A DNA stretch of 64,000 nucleotides from Clostridia bacterium (GCA_017409005.1 JAFQTP010000002.1:162943-226942), one strand, 5' to 3'; shown: positions 27,628 through 36,775, counted from the first letter of the stretch. Notes: generated by a model not told the origin, from the letters alone. Numbers and translations are program-made.

Positions 27628-28437
27628 ATGTTTTATAAAAGAAAGAAAAAGGATAAATCAGAAAAACGTAAAGGGTGCTTAAAAAGCCTTGTTATGTTTG
27701 TTGTAATAGTTGTGCTTGTGGGCATTATTATGGTTGTTAATTTGCGCGACAACATTAACATTTTTGGCGTTAATTTAAAAACCTTTAACGAATATGCCGA
27801 GTGGCTTAACGAAGATGTTAACGAAAACACCATAGCAAAAAACCCAATTAGGGAAACCGACTATGCAACATTTAAACAAAAAGCCGAAGCAAGTGGGCTT
27901 AATGTTTTTGATTTAAGCGGAAATGTTAATTTAAACATTCCTAACATTGCAATAACAAACAATTTAACTTTGTTCGATTACGAACTTGGTGCCATGCTAA
28001 ACAATGCTTCTAAACAAGAAGATGGCGGACAGCTTTTTAACTTTTTAGAAATTAGCATTGCTCAAACTAGCGAGTCGCTTTTCACACTTACCAGCGTGGT
28101 TAAATTTGATTTAACCGATATTAAAGAGGCAATTGGCAAAAACGCAAACAGTGTTCCAAACTCAATTTATGTAACTTGTGTTGGCACTGCTTATGTTGTT
28201 GGCTCTAGGGTTCAAACCCGCGATAATTCTATTTATATTAACCAACTTAGTTCCGATAAAAACGATAAACTTGTTCAGTTTATTAAAGATGTTGCCAAAG
28301 AAACCGAAAACGACCAAGTATTACAAATTTTTGATGTTAACAACTATATTGTAACCGAAATTTTAACCGACCTTGTTCAAAGGTCTAACACAAACCCAGT
28401 GTTAGGTAACGGAACATTCTCTATGATTTTAAAATAA
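27628..28437 (+). CDS. hypothetical membrane-anchored protein
   Basis: Basic N-terminus plus a single TM helix (LVMFVVIVVLVGIIMVV), then a soluble domain. Confidence 0.65.
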   Translation: MFYKRKKKDKSEKRKGCLKSLVMFVVIVVLVGIIMVVNLRDNINIFGVNLKTFNEYAEWLNEDVNENTIAKNPIRETDYATFKQKAEASGLNVFDLSGNVNLNIPNIAITNNLTLFDYELGAMLNNASKQEDGGQLFNFLEISIAQTSESLFTLTSVVKFDLTDIKEAIGKNANSVPNSIYVTCVGTAYVVGSRVQTRDNSIYINQLSSDKNDKLVQFIKDVAKETENDQVLQIFDVNNYIVTEILTDLVQRSNTNPVLGNGTFSMILK

Positions 28438-28488
28438 ATAAATATAAAAAAAGAACCCTAAATAGGGCTCTTTTTTATTGGTATTTAA

Positions 28489-29085
28489 CTATTTCTTTAA
28501 AATTTTGCCAGTAACAGCTGTGCCAAGTGTTAAAACTGAACTTGCTAAAGCAACCCAAACACCAGCGCCTGCTGCAAGTGTAGCCCAATCTTTAACAAGA
28601 ACTTCGTCGTAAACATATTTTGCATAGCCTGTTGCTAAAATAGCCACAACAATGGTTAAAACAACGCCAACAGCACTTACGCCAATTAAAGCTTTACTTA
28701 GGTCTTTTCCTAAAAGGTTAAGAACAGATAAAACAGTTCCAACAACGCCAACAAGTAAAACGAACCAATTTAAAACAATTGTAGTAGCAAAGCCGGCATT
28801 ATCTTCATCGTGAGCATATTCATATGCAGCAACAAGGCGAGCATAGTCGGCACGTTCGTCTTCGTTGTATTTTAAAGCGTTTACTGCATTTAGTGCTGCT
28901 TCTTCAGCGTCGTCTTCACTCATGAACATTGCTTGTGTTAATGTAACTCCGTTGTAAGAAACTTTTTCGTCGGCCCCTTCAGTAAATGTTGGCATAAAGA
29001 AAGTAGTAATTAATAAAACTGAAAGCACTAAGCAAATAATGCTAACAATTAAAGAAACTCCACCTTTTTTACCTTTTTTTGCCAT
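28489..29085 (-). CDS. hypothetical four-TM membrane protein
   Basis: GGAGGA RBS. Hydrophobic segments with an acidic loop. Confidence 0.65.
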   Translation of the reverse strand: MAKKGKKGGVSLIVSIICLVLSVLLITTFFMPTFTEGADEKVSYNGVTLTQAMFMSEDDAEEAALNAVNALKYNEDERADYARLVAAYEYAHDEDNAGFATTIVLNWFVLLVGVVGTVLSVLNLLGKDLSKALIGVSAVGVVLTIVVAILATGYAKYVYDEVLVKDWATLAAGAGVWVALASSVLTLGTAVTGKILKK

Positions 29086-29282
29086 GTGTTTTTCCTCCTT
29101 GTTTTATATTACTATAATAATAACAAAAATTTTTTTTATAAAAAACAAATTGAGTAATGTTTTTAGTTTTTTGTTTAACTTTTAGTATATATGCCCAAAG
29201 TTTGTTTGTTGCCACAAAACAAACATGTGTAAGCAGTGTAAATAAAAAAGAAAACAAACTAAAGTTTGTTCTCTTTAAAAAA

Positions 29283-30254
29283 TTAATATTGTTCTTTATT
29301 AAACAAAGCACGCAAAATAAAGGTTTTTAGTTTTTCAATATCTTTTGCTTTTTGAACCAAATGTTTTCCGTTTGGGTCTTCGGTAATAACTGTTTTACCG
29401 CCAACTTTTGGTGCGGTGTAAACGTTAATGTTGCAAGGAACAAAATCGTAAAGTTCAGGTTTAACCATGCCCACAATGGTGTTAGGGTCGTAAATACAAA
29501 CGCAAGTTGGGTCAACGGTTTCGTTAATGCTTTCTGCTAAAACTTTAACAAAGTTATCGCGTAAATTTTTTGTAGGCATTTTTTCAAATGCTGCTTTAGG
29601 TATGCGTGTTTCGTTGCCTAATTGCATTGGGTTAATAACAAGTTTTACTCCGCTTTTAACCACCAAATCAAATGCTTCTGGGTCGTAATAGGAGTTAAAT
29701 TCGGCATAAGAAGTAATGTTTCCTTTTCCGTTCATTGAACCAATCATGGTGTAAACTTCTTTAATTTTATCTTTAAGGTCTGGGTACAAAATAACAAGTT
29801 TTGCAACGTTGGTTAGTGGTCCAAGTGTTACAAGTGTAACAGGTTTTTCACTATTTTTTAAAACGTCAGCCATTGCAACAATTGCATCTGGCTCAACAGG
29901 GTAATCTTGTGGGCCAACCTCGTATGCACCCATTCCGCTTTTGCCATGCACATCGTCGGCATTTCGTGGGTTAACTTTAACAAGTGCTGTGCGGCTTCCT
30001 TTAGCAATTCTAACACCAGGGAAAAAGTTTGTTGCAAAAAACTGCATGTTTTGTGTTGTAATATCAATTGGTGTGTTGCCTGCGCAACTACAAATTAATT
30101 TAACATCATATTTTGCAAGGTTATCGGAAAGAAGTAGTAGTGCCATGGCGTCGTCAATGCCTGGGTCGCAGTCAATAATTAGTGGTTCGGCATCTGGTAA
30201 ATCGCGGTTTTCTAAATATTTAATATATTGTTTTGCTTTACTAACATCACTCAT
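29283..30254 (-). CDS. nucleoside hydrolase (IUNH family)
   Basis: N-terminal Asp cluster IIDCDPGIDDAMAL. Confidence 0.88.
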   Translation of the reverse strand: MSDVSKAKQYIKYLENRDLPDAEPLIIDCDPGIDDAMALLLLSDNLAKYDVKLICSCAGNTPIDITTQNMQFFATNFFPGVRIAKGSRTALVKVNPRNADDVHGKSGMGAYEVGPQDYPVEPDAIVAMADVLKNSEKPVTLVTLGPLTNVAKLVILYPDLKDKIKEVYTMIGSMNGKGNITSYAEFNSYYDPEAFDLVVKSGVKLVINPMQLGNETRIPKAAFEKMPTKNLRDNFVKVLAESINETVDPTCVCIYDPNTIVGMVKPELYDFVPCNINVYTAPKVGGKTVITEDPNGKHLVQKAKDIEKLKTFILRALFNKEQY

Positions 30255-30263
30255 GGTTTCTCC

Positions 30264-31193
30264 TTAAAAGTTAAGTTCTAGTTTAACTTTGTTTTTCTTA
30301 ATATATTTTTTAACCTCTTCAAGTTTTGGCATTCCGGTTTGAGCACCAAGCTTTTGAGTTTTAAGTCCTGCGCAAATGTTTGCAAACGTAATTGAATCAA
30401 GCATGCTTAAACCGCTATTTATTGCAACCATAAAGGTTCCCAAAAATGTGTCGCCAGCCCCAGTTGTATCTAAAACTTTAACTTTTGCTGCAGGCACATT
30501 AACCAGTTTTTCGCCATCGTGGAAATATGCACCTTCACTTCCTTTTGTTAAAATAATTTTGTTAGGGTGGTTTTCAAGTAGGGCATAAGGTTGTTTTTCG
30601 TTGTAACCCGGAATTTCTTTTAACTCTAGTTCGTTAACAATAACATAAGTTGCGTTTTCGAAAAGTTCTTTAGGATATTCCTTAATTGGGCTAGGGTTTA
30701 AAACAAACTTAATGTTGTTTTCTTTGCAAATACGGCTAGCAAGTAAAAGGCTATCAAGCGGAATTTCAAATTGTCCGCCCACAATGCTGCATTCTTTTAA
30801 TCGGTTAGCATATTTTTTAACATATTTTGTGTCAACCATTCCGTTTGCGCCAGGAATAACAATAATTTGGTTGTTGCGGTTTGAAACCACAATGTTTGCA
30901 ATGCCACCTTTAACATTTTTAAGTTGTTTAACTGCTGTAATATGCACGCCCTCTAGTTGTAAATTTGCAATGGCGTTTCTAGAAAACATATCGTCGCCCA
31001 CGCAACCCAAAAGGTTAACGCTTGCACCAACACGTGCTGCAGCAACGGCTTCGTTGGCACCTTTTCCGCCAAACATAATGTTGAATGTTTCACCCATAAC
31101 AGTTTCGCCAACCTCTGGCAATTTGTTGGTTTGGCAAACAATATCGGTGTTAATGCTTCCAATAACACCCACTCTATTTTTAATTGTTGGCAT
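30264..31193 (-). CDS. rbsK: ribokinase
   Basis: PfkB signatures GGKGANEAVAAAR and DTTGAGDTFLG. Adjacent to the nucleoside hydrolase gene. Confidence 0.88.
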   Translation of the reverse strand: MPTIKNRVGVIGSINTDIVCQTNKLPEVGETVMGETFNIMFGGKGANEAVAAARVGASVNLLGCVGDDMFSRNAIANLQLEGVHITAVKQLKNVKGGIANIVVSNRNNQIIVIPGANGMVDTKYVKKYANRLKECSIVGGQFEIPLDSLLLASRICKENNIKFVLNPSPIKEYPKELFENATYVIVNELELKEIPGYNEKQPYALLENHPNKIILTKGSEGAYFHDGEKLVNVPAAKVKVLDTTGAGDTFLGTFMVAINSGLSMLDSITFANICAGLKTQKLGAQTGMPKLEEVKKYIKKNKVKLELNF

Positions 31194-31251
31194 GTTTTAC
31201 TTCCTTTAATTTATTAGTTTAAGTATATCAAACACTTAATTTATTTCAAAA

Positions 31252-32169
31252 CTATTTTAAAAAGCCTTTAATAATTAAATCCTCGGCCTCTTCTTCAGTT
31301 AACCCAAGCGTGGTTAGTTTAACTAACTGGTCGCCGGCAATTTTGCCAATTGCAGCCTCGTGCACTAAAGTTGCTTCAACATTTTCACAAACAATTTTAG
31401 GTGTTGAATCAATGCGTGCTTGGTCGGTTAAAATTCCATCGCAGGCAACGTGCCCAAAACATTTGTTTTTTCCGTTTATGCACGAATAAAAGTTTTGATA
31501 GCTGCTGTCTTTTGCAACACTGCGTGAAATAACATCTACGCTAGAGTTTTTGCCCACTAAATCAACATTAAATTCAGTGGTGGCAATTTGTGAGTTTGTG
31601 GTTAAAATTTTTTCTTTAATAACAAGTTTTGCGTTGTCGCCAAGCTTTGCGTTTGTTTTTCTAACCGAACTGGTAACACCACTAACTTGTGTTGTATCCA
31701 TAGTTAAAATGCTGTTTTCTTCAAGTTCAATGTTTGTAACAGGGTTTAAAACCTTTTCGCCAGTTCCTTCGCCCAATGCTAAATGTTTTTCAAGGTAGGT
31801 AACATTGCTTCCTTTTGCCAAATGAAAACTATGTATGCCGTTGTGTTTGCTATCTTCACTTGAATTATTATGTATGCCACAGCCGGCAACAATTGTAACT
31901 TCGGCGTTTTCGCCAATGTAAAAGTCGTTGTAAACCACATCGTTAACCCCGCCAGTTGTAATTATGGCAGGAATGTGCATACTTTTGCCTTTAACGTTTG
32001 GTTTAACATAAATGTTAATGCCTGGTTTGTCGGTTTTCTTTTCTATTTCAATTTCTGATGTTGAACTTAAGGTTTTTCCTTCGCCATTAACCCTAAGGCT
32101 AAATGCACCCTCAGGAATTTTGTGTAGGTCGGCAATTTGTTTTAATAATTCTTTTTCAATCGCATTCAT
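31252..32169 (-). CDS. SufB/SufD-family protein
   Basis: 305-aa protein with a beta-helix-like repetitive pattern. Translationally coupled (TAATG) to a SufC-like ATPase. Confidence 0.6.
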   Translation of the reverse strand: MNAIEKELLKQIADLHKIPEGAFSLRVNGEGKTLSSTSEIEIEKKTDKPGINIYVKPNVKGKSMHIPAIITTGGVNDVVYNDFYIGENAEVTIVAGCGIHNNSSEDSKHNGIHSFHLAKGSNVTYLEKHLALGEGTGEKVLNPVTNIELEENSILTMDTTQVSGVTSSVRKTNAKLGDNAKLVIKEKILTTNSQIATTEFNVDLVGKNSSVDVISRSVAKDSSYQNFYSCINGKNKCFGHVACDGILTDQARIDSTPKIVCENVEATLVHEAAIGKIAGDQLVKLTTLGLTEEEAEDLIIKGFLK

Positions 32170-32876
32170 TATTTATTGCCTCCTTCAAGTTTTGCACAAA
32201 CTTGTGGTTTTAATGTTGGCAAAATTTCTTGTGCTGAACCAACTTTTTCAAGTTTGCCAGAATTTAGCACCACAATTTGGTCGGCAATATCTAAAATTTT
32301 TTGTTGATGCGTTACAATAATGGTTAGGTTATTTTTGCTTTTTAGGTCTTCAAACAAATCGGTTAAATTATCAAAACTCCAAATATCAATTCCGGCTTCT
32401 GGTTCGTCAAAAATATTTAAAGGTTTGCCCTCGGCAAGTGCAATTGCAAGTTCAATGCGTTTTAGTTCTCCGCCCGATAGGTTGCTATCTAACTCGCGGT
32501 TTAAATAATCTTTGGCACATAACCCCACACGACTTAGGTAATCGCAACCACACTTAATTTCTAAAGGTTTGTGGGTGGCGGTTTCAATTAGGTCGCAAAC
32601 GGTTAAACCTTTAAACTTAACTGGTTGTTGAAAAGTGTAGCCAATGCCAAGTTTTGCCCTTTCGGTAACGCTTAAGTTGTTAATGTTTTGTCCGTTAAAC
32701 AAAATGTTGCCTTGGGTTTGATTTACAATGCCCATAATAATTTTGGTAAGGGTGCTTTTTCCGCTTCCGTTATGCCCAGTTATGGCAACAATTTGTCCGG
32801 CTTCAAACTTTAAATTGATATTATCTAAAATAACTTTGTCGTTAATTTTATATCCAATGTTTTTTAATTCTAGCAT
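32169..32876 (-). CDS. SufC-like ABC ATPase
   Basis: Walker A GHNGSGKST, LSGGELKR, Walker B IFDEPEAGID, with no cognate permease. Start moved to the ATG at 32876 (MLELKNIGY, AAAGGA RBS). Confidence 0.7.
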   Translation of the reverse strand: MLELKNIGYKINDKVILDNINLKFEAGQIVAITGHNGSGKSTLTKIIMGIVNQTQGNILFNGQNINNLSVTERAKLGIGYTFQQPVKFKGLTVCDLIETATHKPLEIKCGCDYLSRVGLCAKDYLNRELDSNLSGGELKRIELAIALAEGKPLNIFDEPEAGIDIWSFDNLTDLFEDLKSKNNLTIIVTHQQKILDIADQIVVLNSGKLEKVGSAQEILPTLKPQVCAKLEGGNK

Positions 32877-33028
32877 CTTAATCCTTTTAAATGTTGTAAT
32901 GTTAACAATTTTTAGTGTGTACAATTTTAGCTGTTTTGTTAACTATTGTTAATTGTAACATTAATAGGGTTAATTGTTAATTAAAATTATTTCGTTTTAA
33001 TTTGGTTTTAATGATATAATTAAACAAG

Positions 33029-33048
33029 TTAAATTAATCTTAAGTTTA
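33029..33048. promoter_or_regulatory. 20-nt motif TTAAATTAATCTTAAGTTTA, copy 2
   Basis: Exact copy of 2527-2546. Starts 8 nt after the TATAAT (33015-33020) upstream of 33077..33871. Confidence 0.4.
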
Positions 33049-33076
33049 ACTATTTTTTACTTAAAAGGATAAAATT

Positions 33077-33871
33077 ATGTTTTCAGCAAATCATTTTATT
33101 TGGCTAGGGCTTTGTGCCGTGTTTGTTGCAGTTATGCTTTTTGCATCGGTAAAATATAAGTTTAGTTTTAAAACGGCAACCACCATTATTTGTTGCATTA
33201 TTGGTGCAAGCGAGTTTGCAAAAATTATGTATAGCATGCAACCAGCAGTTGGTTCAGGAATGGTTATAAGCGGCGGAGCCCTTCCGTTTCATTTGTGTTC
33301 AATTTTAATTTTTATGTTTGCCTACCTTATGTTTGGTAAAAACGAAAAAATTAAAAATGTTTTAAAAAGTTTTGTGGTTCCTGCCGGAATTTTGGGTGGG
33401 TTGTTGGCAATTTTAATTCCAACAAGCGGAGTTAGTTTTACTAAAATCGAAAGCTATCAATGCTTTATTTATCATGCTGCAATTTTGTGGTATGCGGCTT
33501 ATTTAATTGCAACCAAGCAAGCAAACTTAGGGTTAAAGGCTTATTTGCGTAATTTAGCCATTTTAGCAGTGCTTGCAGTGTTTAACATTTGGGTTAATGG
33601 TGCGCTTCAGGCATATAATACAAATTTCATGTTTTTAGTTCGTCCGCCAGTAGAGGGACTTCCAATAATTAATTTAAATAATGGTTGGTATGCTTATTTC
33701 TTTACACTTATAACCATTGCAGTTGTTTTAATTGGAATTGTTCAATTGCCAAGCATAATTAAAGAACTTCAACAAAAACGAAACGCAAAAAAATCGGGGT
33801 TTAAACCAGAACCAAACCAAACATTTGAGGTTGTTGAAGATAACACTAATATTCAAAAAAATAAAGATTAA
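33077..33871 (+). CDS. polytopic membrane protein (YwaF/TIGR02206-like, tentative)
   Basis: About 7 TM segments. The family call is from memory of the N-terminal pattern only. Confidence 0.55.
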   Translation: MFSANHFIWLGLCAVFVAVMLFASVKYKFSFKTATTIICCIIGASEFAKIMYSMQPAVGSGMVISGGALPFHLCSILIFMFAYLMFGKNEKIKNVLKSFVVPAGILGGLLAILIPTSGVSFTKIESYQCFIYHAAILWYAAYLIATKQANLGLKAYLRNLAILAVLAVFNIWVNGALQAYNTNFMFLVRPPVEGLPIINLNNGWYAYFFTLITIAVVLIGIVQLPSIIKELQQKRNAKKSGFKPEPNQTFEVVEDNTNIQKNKD

Positions 33872-33873
33872 TA

Positions 33874-33900
33874 AAAAACACTAGGTTTTCCTAGTGTTTT
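33874..33900. terminator. bidirectional terminator
   Basis: AACACTAGG-TTTT-CCTAGTGTT with flanking A and T runs. Confidence 0.8.
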
Positions 33901-33902
33901 AA

Positions 33903-34487
33903 TTATTTTTTAGTTGGTATTGTTTTTAAATTTAACGTTTTAATAAAATAATCTAAAATAAACATATCTCTTAAAACCACAAATTTTGTAGAGTATAAAT
34001 TTTCAGATTTATCAACCGGCGAATCTTTTAAACCATTCATACAACCAGAAATAAGTTTTAATGCTTCTTTAGGTGTTGTCCAAACAATTTGTGCACCCTC
34101 GCCAATTTCTTTTTCGGTAAAAGATAGTTCGCCCAAATCTTTTTCAACATCAGCCACAAAAACATAACTGGTTTGAGTAAAGTTTGTTTGTCCTTTTTCT
34201 TCAATGGTGTAGCCTAGTGGCTTAATGTTTTTAACGGTGCAACCAACCTCTTCACGCACTTCACGAGCAAATGCAACATCTGGGCTTTCGCCAGGGTCAA
34301 TACCCCCCCCAGGCAATTTATATTCGTTCATTTTTGCTTTGTTAAATAGTGCCATTTTTCCATCGGCTCTTAGCACAATTCCGCGTGCACCAAATCTAGT
34401 TATTGGGTTGTTTAATGGTTTTGGCTCAATTCCAAAATCGGCATCTGTTACAAGTTTAATACATTTTAAATTATCTAAATTTGACAT
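33903..34487 (-). CDS. NUDIX hydrolase
   Basis: Nudix box GGGIDPGESPDVAFAREVREEVG. Contains a G8 tract (C8 on plus strand at 34303-34310). Confidence 0.85.
   Translation of the reverse strand: MSNLDNLKCIKLVTDADFGIEPKPLNNPITRFGARGIVLRADGKMALFNKAKMNEYKLPGGGIDPGESPDVAFAREVREEVGCTVKNIKPLGYTIEEKGQTNFTQTSYVFVADVEKDLGELSFTEKEIGEGAQIVWTTPKEALKLISGCMNGLKDSPVDKSENLYSTKFVVLRDMFILDYFIKTLNLKTIPTKK
34303..34310 (-). repeat. G8 homopolymer inside the NUDIX coding sequence
   Basis: C8 on the plus strand. Codons are CCT GGG GGG GGT for PGGG of the Nudix box. Confidence 0.9.
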
Positions 34488-34593
34488 AACAAATTCTCCT
34501 TAATACTTAATAGAATAACACATTTAAAAGTTTTTTTTAAACAAAATAGCCAGTATAAAAATTTTAAAAGTTGTTCACAAATTAAAAAAAGCA

Positions 34594-34622
34594 TTGACAT
34601 TTAAAGTTGTAAACATTATAAT
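34594..34622 (+). promoter_or_regulatory. consensus sigma-70/sigma-A promoter of tRNA-Arg(ACG)
   Basis: TTGACA (34594-34599), 17-nt spacer, TATAAT (34617-34622). An approx. 65-nt leader contains an ATTTTAGG/CCTAAAAT hairpin. Confidence 0.75.
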
Positions 34623-34697
34623 ATGCTTGCACGATTAAATTTTAGGTCGGTATGTGTTATGCGTGTTGCCGAGTAAAATCCTAAAATTATTATTTAA

Positions 34698-34774
34698 GCG
34701 CCGTTAGCTCAGCTGGATAGAGCGTTGGTCTACGGAACCAAAGGCCAGGAGTTCGAATCTCTTACGGCGCACCA
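34698..34774 (+). tRNA. tRNA-Arg (anticodon ACG)
   Basis: Hand-folded: acceptor GCGCCGT/ACGGCGC, D arm GCTC/GAGC, anticodon arm TTGGT-CTACGGA-ACCAA, T arm AGGAG-TTCGAAT-CTCTT, encoded CCA. Confidence 0.92.
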
Positions 34775-34780
34775 GATAAA

Positions 34781-34806
34781 CTTACCGCAAGGTAAGTTTT
34801 TTATTT
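34781..34806 (+). terminator. terminator directly after tRNA-Arg(ACG)
   Basis: CTTACC-GCAA-GGTAAG plus T6. Confidence 0.8.
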
Positions 34807-34937
34807 TCTATTTATACCAAGTAAAAAAACACCGATTCGAACTCCAACGGAGTTCGTCCTGTCGGCCTGACCGCACATAAAGTGCTCCCGGCTTTGGCTA
34901 AAAACAAGCCACTGGCGTGTTTTATTAACGCGTCGCC

Positions 34938-34953
34938 CTCTTACGGCGCACCA
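34938..34953 (+). repeat. copy of tRNA-Arg(ACG) 3' end CTCTTACGGCGCACCA
   Basis: Identical to 34759-34774 within the tRNA. Confidence 0.9.
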
Positions 34954-34961
34954 TCGCAGAA

Positions 34962-34990
34962 GCAAGACCTATTTGTGGTTTTGCTTTTTT
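34962..34990 (+). terminator. terminator inside repeat copy A (equivalent one in copy B at about 35251-35280)
   Basis: GCAAGACC / GGTTTTGC stem plus T6. It overlaps an alternative 10-bp hairpin, GTGGTTTTGC / GCAAAACCAC. Confidence 0.6.
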
Positions 34991-35226
34991 CATTTGCAAA
35001 ACCACTTTACAGTCTAACACTGCTTCATCCCAAAAGTTACCGCTACGCTCCTTAATCTTTTGGGGAACCCCGATATTTTGGTAAGTTTTTTATTTTCTAT
35101 TTATACCAAGTAAAATAACACCGATTCGAACTCCACCGGAGTTCGTCCTGTCGGCCTGACCGCACATAAAGTGCTCCCGGCTTTGGCTAAAAACATGCCA
35201 CTGGCATATTTTATTCACGCGTCGCC

Positions 35227-35242
35227 CTCTTACGGCGCACCA
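35227..35242 (+). repeat. copy of tRNA-Arg(ACG) 3' end CTCTTACGGCGCACCA
   Basis: Identical to 34759-34774, and 289 bp after the previous copy. Confidence 0.9.
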
Positions 35243-35469
35243 TCGCAGAAGCAAGACCTATTTGTGGTTTTGCTTTTTTTATTTGCAAAACCACCTTACA
35301 GTCTAACACTGCTTCACCCCAAAAGTTACCGCTAACGTTTTTTAATTTTTTGGTAATTCTAATAATATGATAAGTTTTTCTTTTTTAATTTTTATAGTTT
35401 ATATAACCAAAAATGCCCCAATTTGCCTAAATGTTCGGTTTTTGCAAAAAATAAAATGGTTATTTAAGT

Positions 35470-35498
35470 TTGACATAAACATCAAAAAAGTTTAACAT
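35470..35498 (+). promoter_or_regulatory. promoter of 35521..36582
   Basis: TTGACA, 17-nt spacer, TAACAT. Confidence 0.6.
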
Positions 35499-35520
35499 TA
35501 AAAAAGTAGGGGGAATAAAT

Positions 35521-36582
35521 ATGGATTTATTAACATTATTAAACCAAAACGAACGTATCTTACTTGAAGATAACATCGAAGATAAAAAGGTTAAAACCTT
35601 AATTGGTCAAATCAACCGCGAAATTGTTGACCTAATGGATGCAAAACAAAAATTTGAAGAATTTGCTCAAAGTCAATTAAATGGCGAATATCATAACAAA
35701 ATTGTTATGGCTAAAAGCTTAATGCTTCACTATGCTAATTGGACAGCAATGTTAAATGCTGCTTCTAAATTAGAACAAGAAGAAAAAACATTAATTGTTG
35801 ATTTCCAAAACAGAAAAAATAAAATTTTAGCAGATATTCACACTGTTATTAAAGCAAGCGAAAAAAGCCCAGTTATTTGTGCTTACGATTGCTTTGATGG
35901 CGACTATGTTGCTTGCCAAGAAGGACACTATGTTGTTGTTTTAGGCGATAACAACACCGCTGTTCTACATGCAATGGCTAAAGACTTTGACTATAACGTT
36001 CAAATTCAAGGAAACTATGGAGTAGTTGAGGCTAAAGAACTTAATGCCGATTATTCAATTGTTCAATCAAACAGCCAAATGTGCTACGAAAAAATTGCAG
36101 AACTTTATGCTGGCAAAGAAGCTAAAGCTGAAAAATTAAAACAAGCAGTAACAAATTTAGAAGAAGAAGGCCGTAAAGTTGTTTTCTTTGTAACATATCG
36201 TCAAGCATTACTTAACGTTGGCGTAACACAAAAAGAAATGGACGCTTACGAAAAATTCTTAACAAAACGTTACTTACCATACAAAAACTTGCTAAGAAAG
36301 GCATTAAAAGTTGAAATTCCTGAAATTGCAGTTGAAATTCAAGTTGCTAACGAAGAAAGTTTTGGTAGTGCCGACGATGCTGGTTTTGTTCCTGTTAGCG
36401 AAGAAAGCATGATGATTAAAATGAAAAATATTGAAAACTTTGCAAAAAATCAAGTTGAGTTCCACGGCGACGCAGAAAATGTTGAACAAGTTGTTGAACA
36501 ACCTGCCGAAGACGTTGCTTTCGAAGAAACTGAAGAAGAACTTGAAGCAGTAGATTACGAAGAAACTGAAGACGAAGAATAG
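35521..36582 (+). CDS. hypothetical acidic protein
   Basis: 353 aa with a strong GGGGGA RBS and a consensus-like promoter. Glu/Asp-rich C-terminal tail. Terminator at 36626-36652. Confidence 0.7.
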   Translation: MDLLTLLNQNERILLEDNIEDKKVKTLIGQINREIVDLMDAKQKFEEFAQSQLNGEYHNKIVMAKSLMLHYANWTAMLNAASKLEQEEKTLIVDFQNRKNKILADIHTVIKASEKSPVICAYDCFDGDYVACQEGHYVVVLGDNNTAVLHAMAKDFDYNVQIQGNYGVVEAKELNADYSIVQSNSQMCYEKIAELYAGKEAKAEKLKQAVTNLEEEGRKVVFFVTYRQALLNVGVTQKEMDAYEKFLTKRYLPYKNLLRKALKVEIPEIAVEIQVANEESFGSADDAGFVPVSEESMMIKMKNIENFAKNQVEFHGDAENVEQVVEQPAEDVAFEETEEELEAVDYEETEDEE

Positions 36583-36625
36583 TTTTTAGTTGTTTTCAAA
36601 ACAAAACTTAAAAATTTTAACAATT

Positions 36626-36652
36626 AAAAACCACCACTTAAGGGTGGTTTTT
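36626..36652 (+). terminator. rho-independent terminator
   Basis: AACCACC / GGTGGTT stem plus T6. Confidence 0.8.
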
Positions 36653-36775
36653 TGTTGTTTGTTAATAATTAAGCGTGCACACATTTCAACAAAATAACAC
36701 TTTTTTAGACAAATTTATAAATTTTCAAATTAACTCAGATTTATTTTTTGCAAAAATGATGCAATTTTAATATAT

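Larger units (their letters stand above)
34791..35368 (+). repeat. two tandem copies of a 289-bp unit downstream of tRNA-Arg(ACG)
   Basis: Copy A is 34791-35079 and copy B is 35080 to about 35368. They are highly similar by eye. Each contains hairpin CGAACTCC-AAC-GGAGTTCG, a GC-rich core, the tRNA 3' 16-mer and a terminator. Confidence 0.9.

Noticed and set aside
29228-29242. A possible fourth response-regulator site (TGTAAGCAGTGTAAA, i.e. TTTACA/TTACA on the minus strand) upstream of 28489..29085.
   Set aside because: Half-site spacing is 9 bp rather than 11, and the distance to the candidate -10 differs from the other three sites. It is kept only as something a genome-wide PWM scan could revisit.
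29069-29311. 80-aa ORF in the intergenic region between the membrane protein and nucleoside hydrolase genes.
   Set aside because: It spans terminator hairpins and a promoter region, has no RBS and gives an Asn/Phe/Lys-rich translation. It overlaps both neighbouring genes' ends.
34791-35368. Possible CRISPR-like array, or coding potential of the 289-bp tandem units (22-codon basic peptide MKKAKPQIGLASAMVRRKRATR on the minus strand of copy A).
   Set aside because: The units are far too long and contiguous, with no unique spacers, so this is not a CRISPR array. The peptide ORF has no RBS and its ATG is ATA in copy B.
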